Of a DNA stretch of 47,447 bases, positions 47,283-47,447 are shown in pieces (the first letter of the stretch is position 1; the number at the start of each line of letters is the position of its first letter). The DNA lies in NCBI GenBank assembly GCA_032718475.1, contig JAUCBJ010006749.1:1-47447 (forward strand), in the 5' to 3' direction. The stretch comes from Nemertoderma westbladi (taxonomy: Eukaryota; Animalia; Xenacoelomorpha). A program made the position numbers and the translations under genes. Below the pieces are notes generated by a model that was not told where the DNA came from, ran no database searches, and saw nothing but the letters and a program-made list of their open reading frames with translations.

Positions 47283-47447
47283 GTAACAGTTTATCTTGTA
47301 TTGCAGTGTAAGTATTAAATACAGTTTAATACTGTTCTGTCGAACAGTAACAGTTTATAAATCTTATTGCAGTAGGCAATAAGGTTGCAAGTGTAGGCAT
47401 TAAATACAGTTTAATACTGTTCTGACGAACAGTAACAGTTTAAAATC
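47283..47447 (+). mobile_element. Start of the internal leader after LTR D, with repeated U5-end/primer-site units
   Basis: CGAACAGTAACAGTTTA at 47277, 47341 and 47426; TAAATACAGTTTAATACTGTTCTG twice. Confidence 0.75.

Overview
AT-rich, almost entirely transposon-derived eukaryotic DNA, most likely from an invertebrate animal (species not determinable here). It holds an uninterrupted BEL/Pao gag-C/pol ORF (open from 1868 to 6826) and a 1417-aa ORF (8470-12723) with a WRN/RNase D-like DEDDy 3'-5' exonuclease domain and CCHC zinc knuckles. Five diverged copies of one ~1.2-kb LTR family (TGTAAAAG...AACA) occur as two 5' LTRs, one 3' LTR, one solo LTR with a 5-bp TSD and one fragment. Also present are Penelope, RTE and CR1/L2-like fragments, a tRNA-derived SINE, foldback DNA elements, a 2.2-kb solo LTR and one probable host exon (SEA-like/mucin/TM). 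The main signal is that the two 5' LTRs lack a tRNA primer-binding site. Instead, the 12 nt right after each LTR are the exact reverse complement of a 12-mer inside the same LTR, and the 12-mer differs between the two copies. The ~700-750 nt enclosed by this pairing show compensatory and G-U-preserving changes across four copies. This suggests a self-priming LTR retrotransposon family with a large structured RNA in R/U5 and an accessory exonuclease gene next to its 3' LTR. Whether the BEL pol belongs to that family or is a nested insertion with its own 412-bp LTR cannot be settled from this window. All alignments were done by eye.
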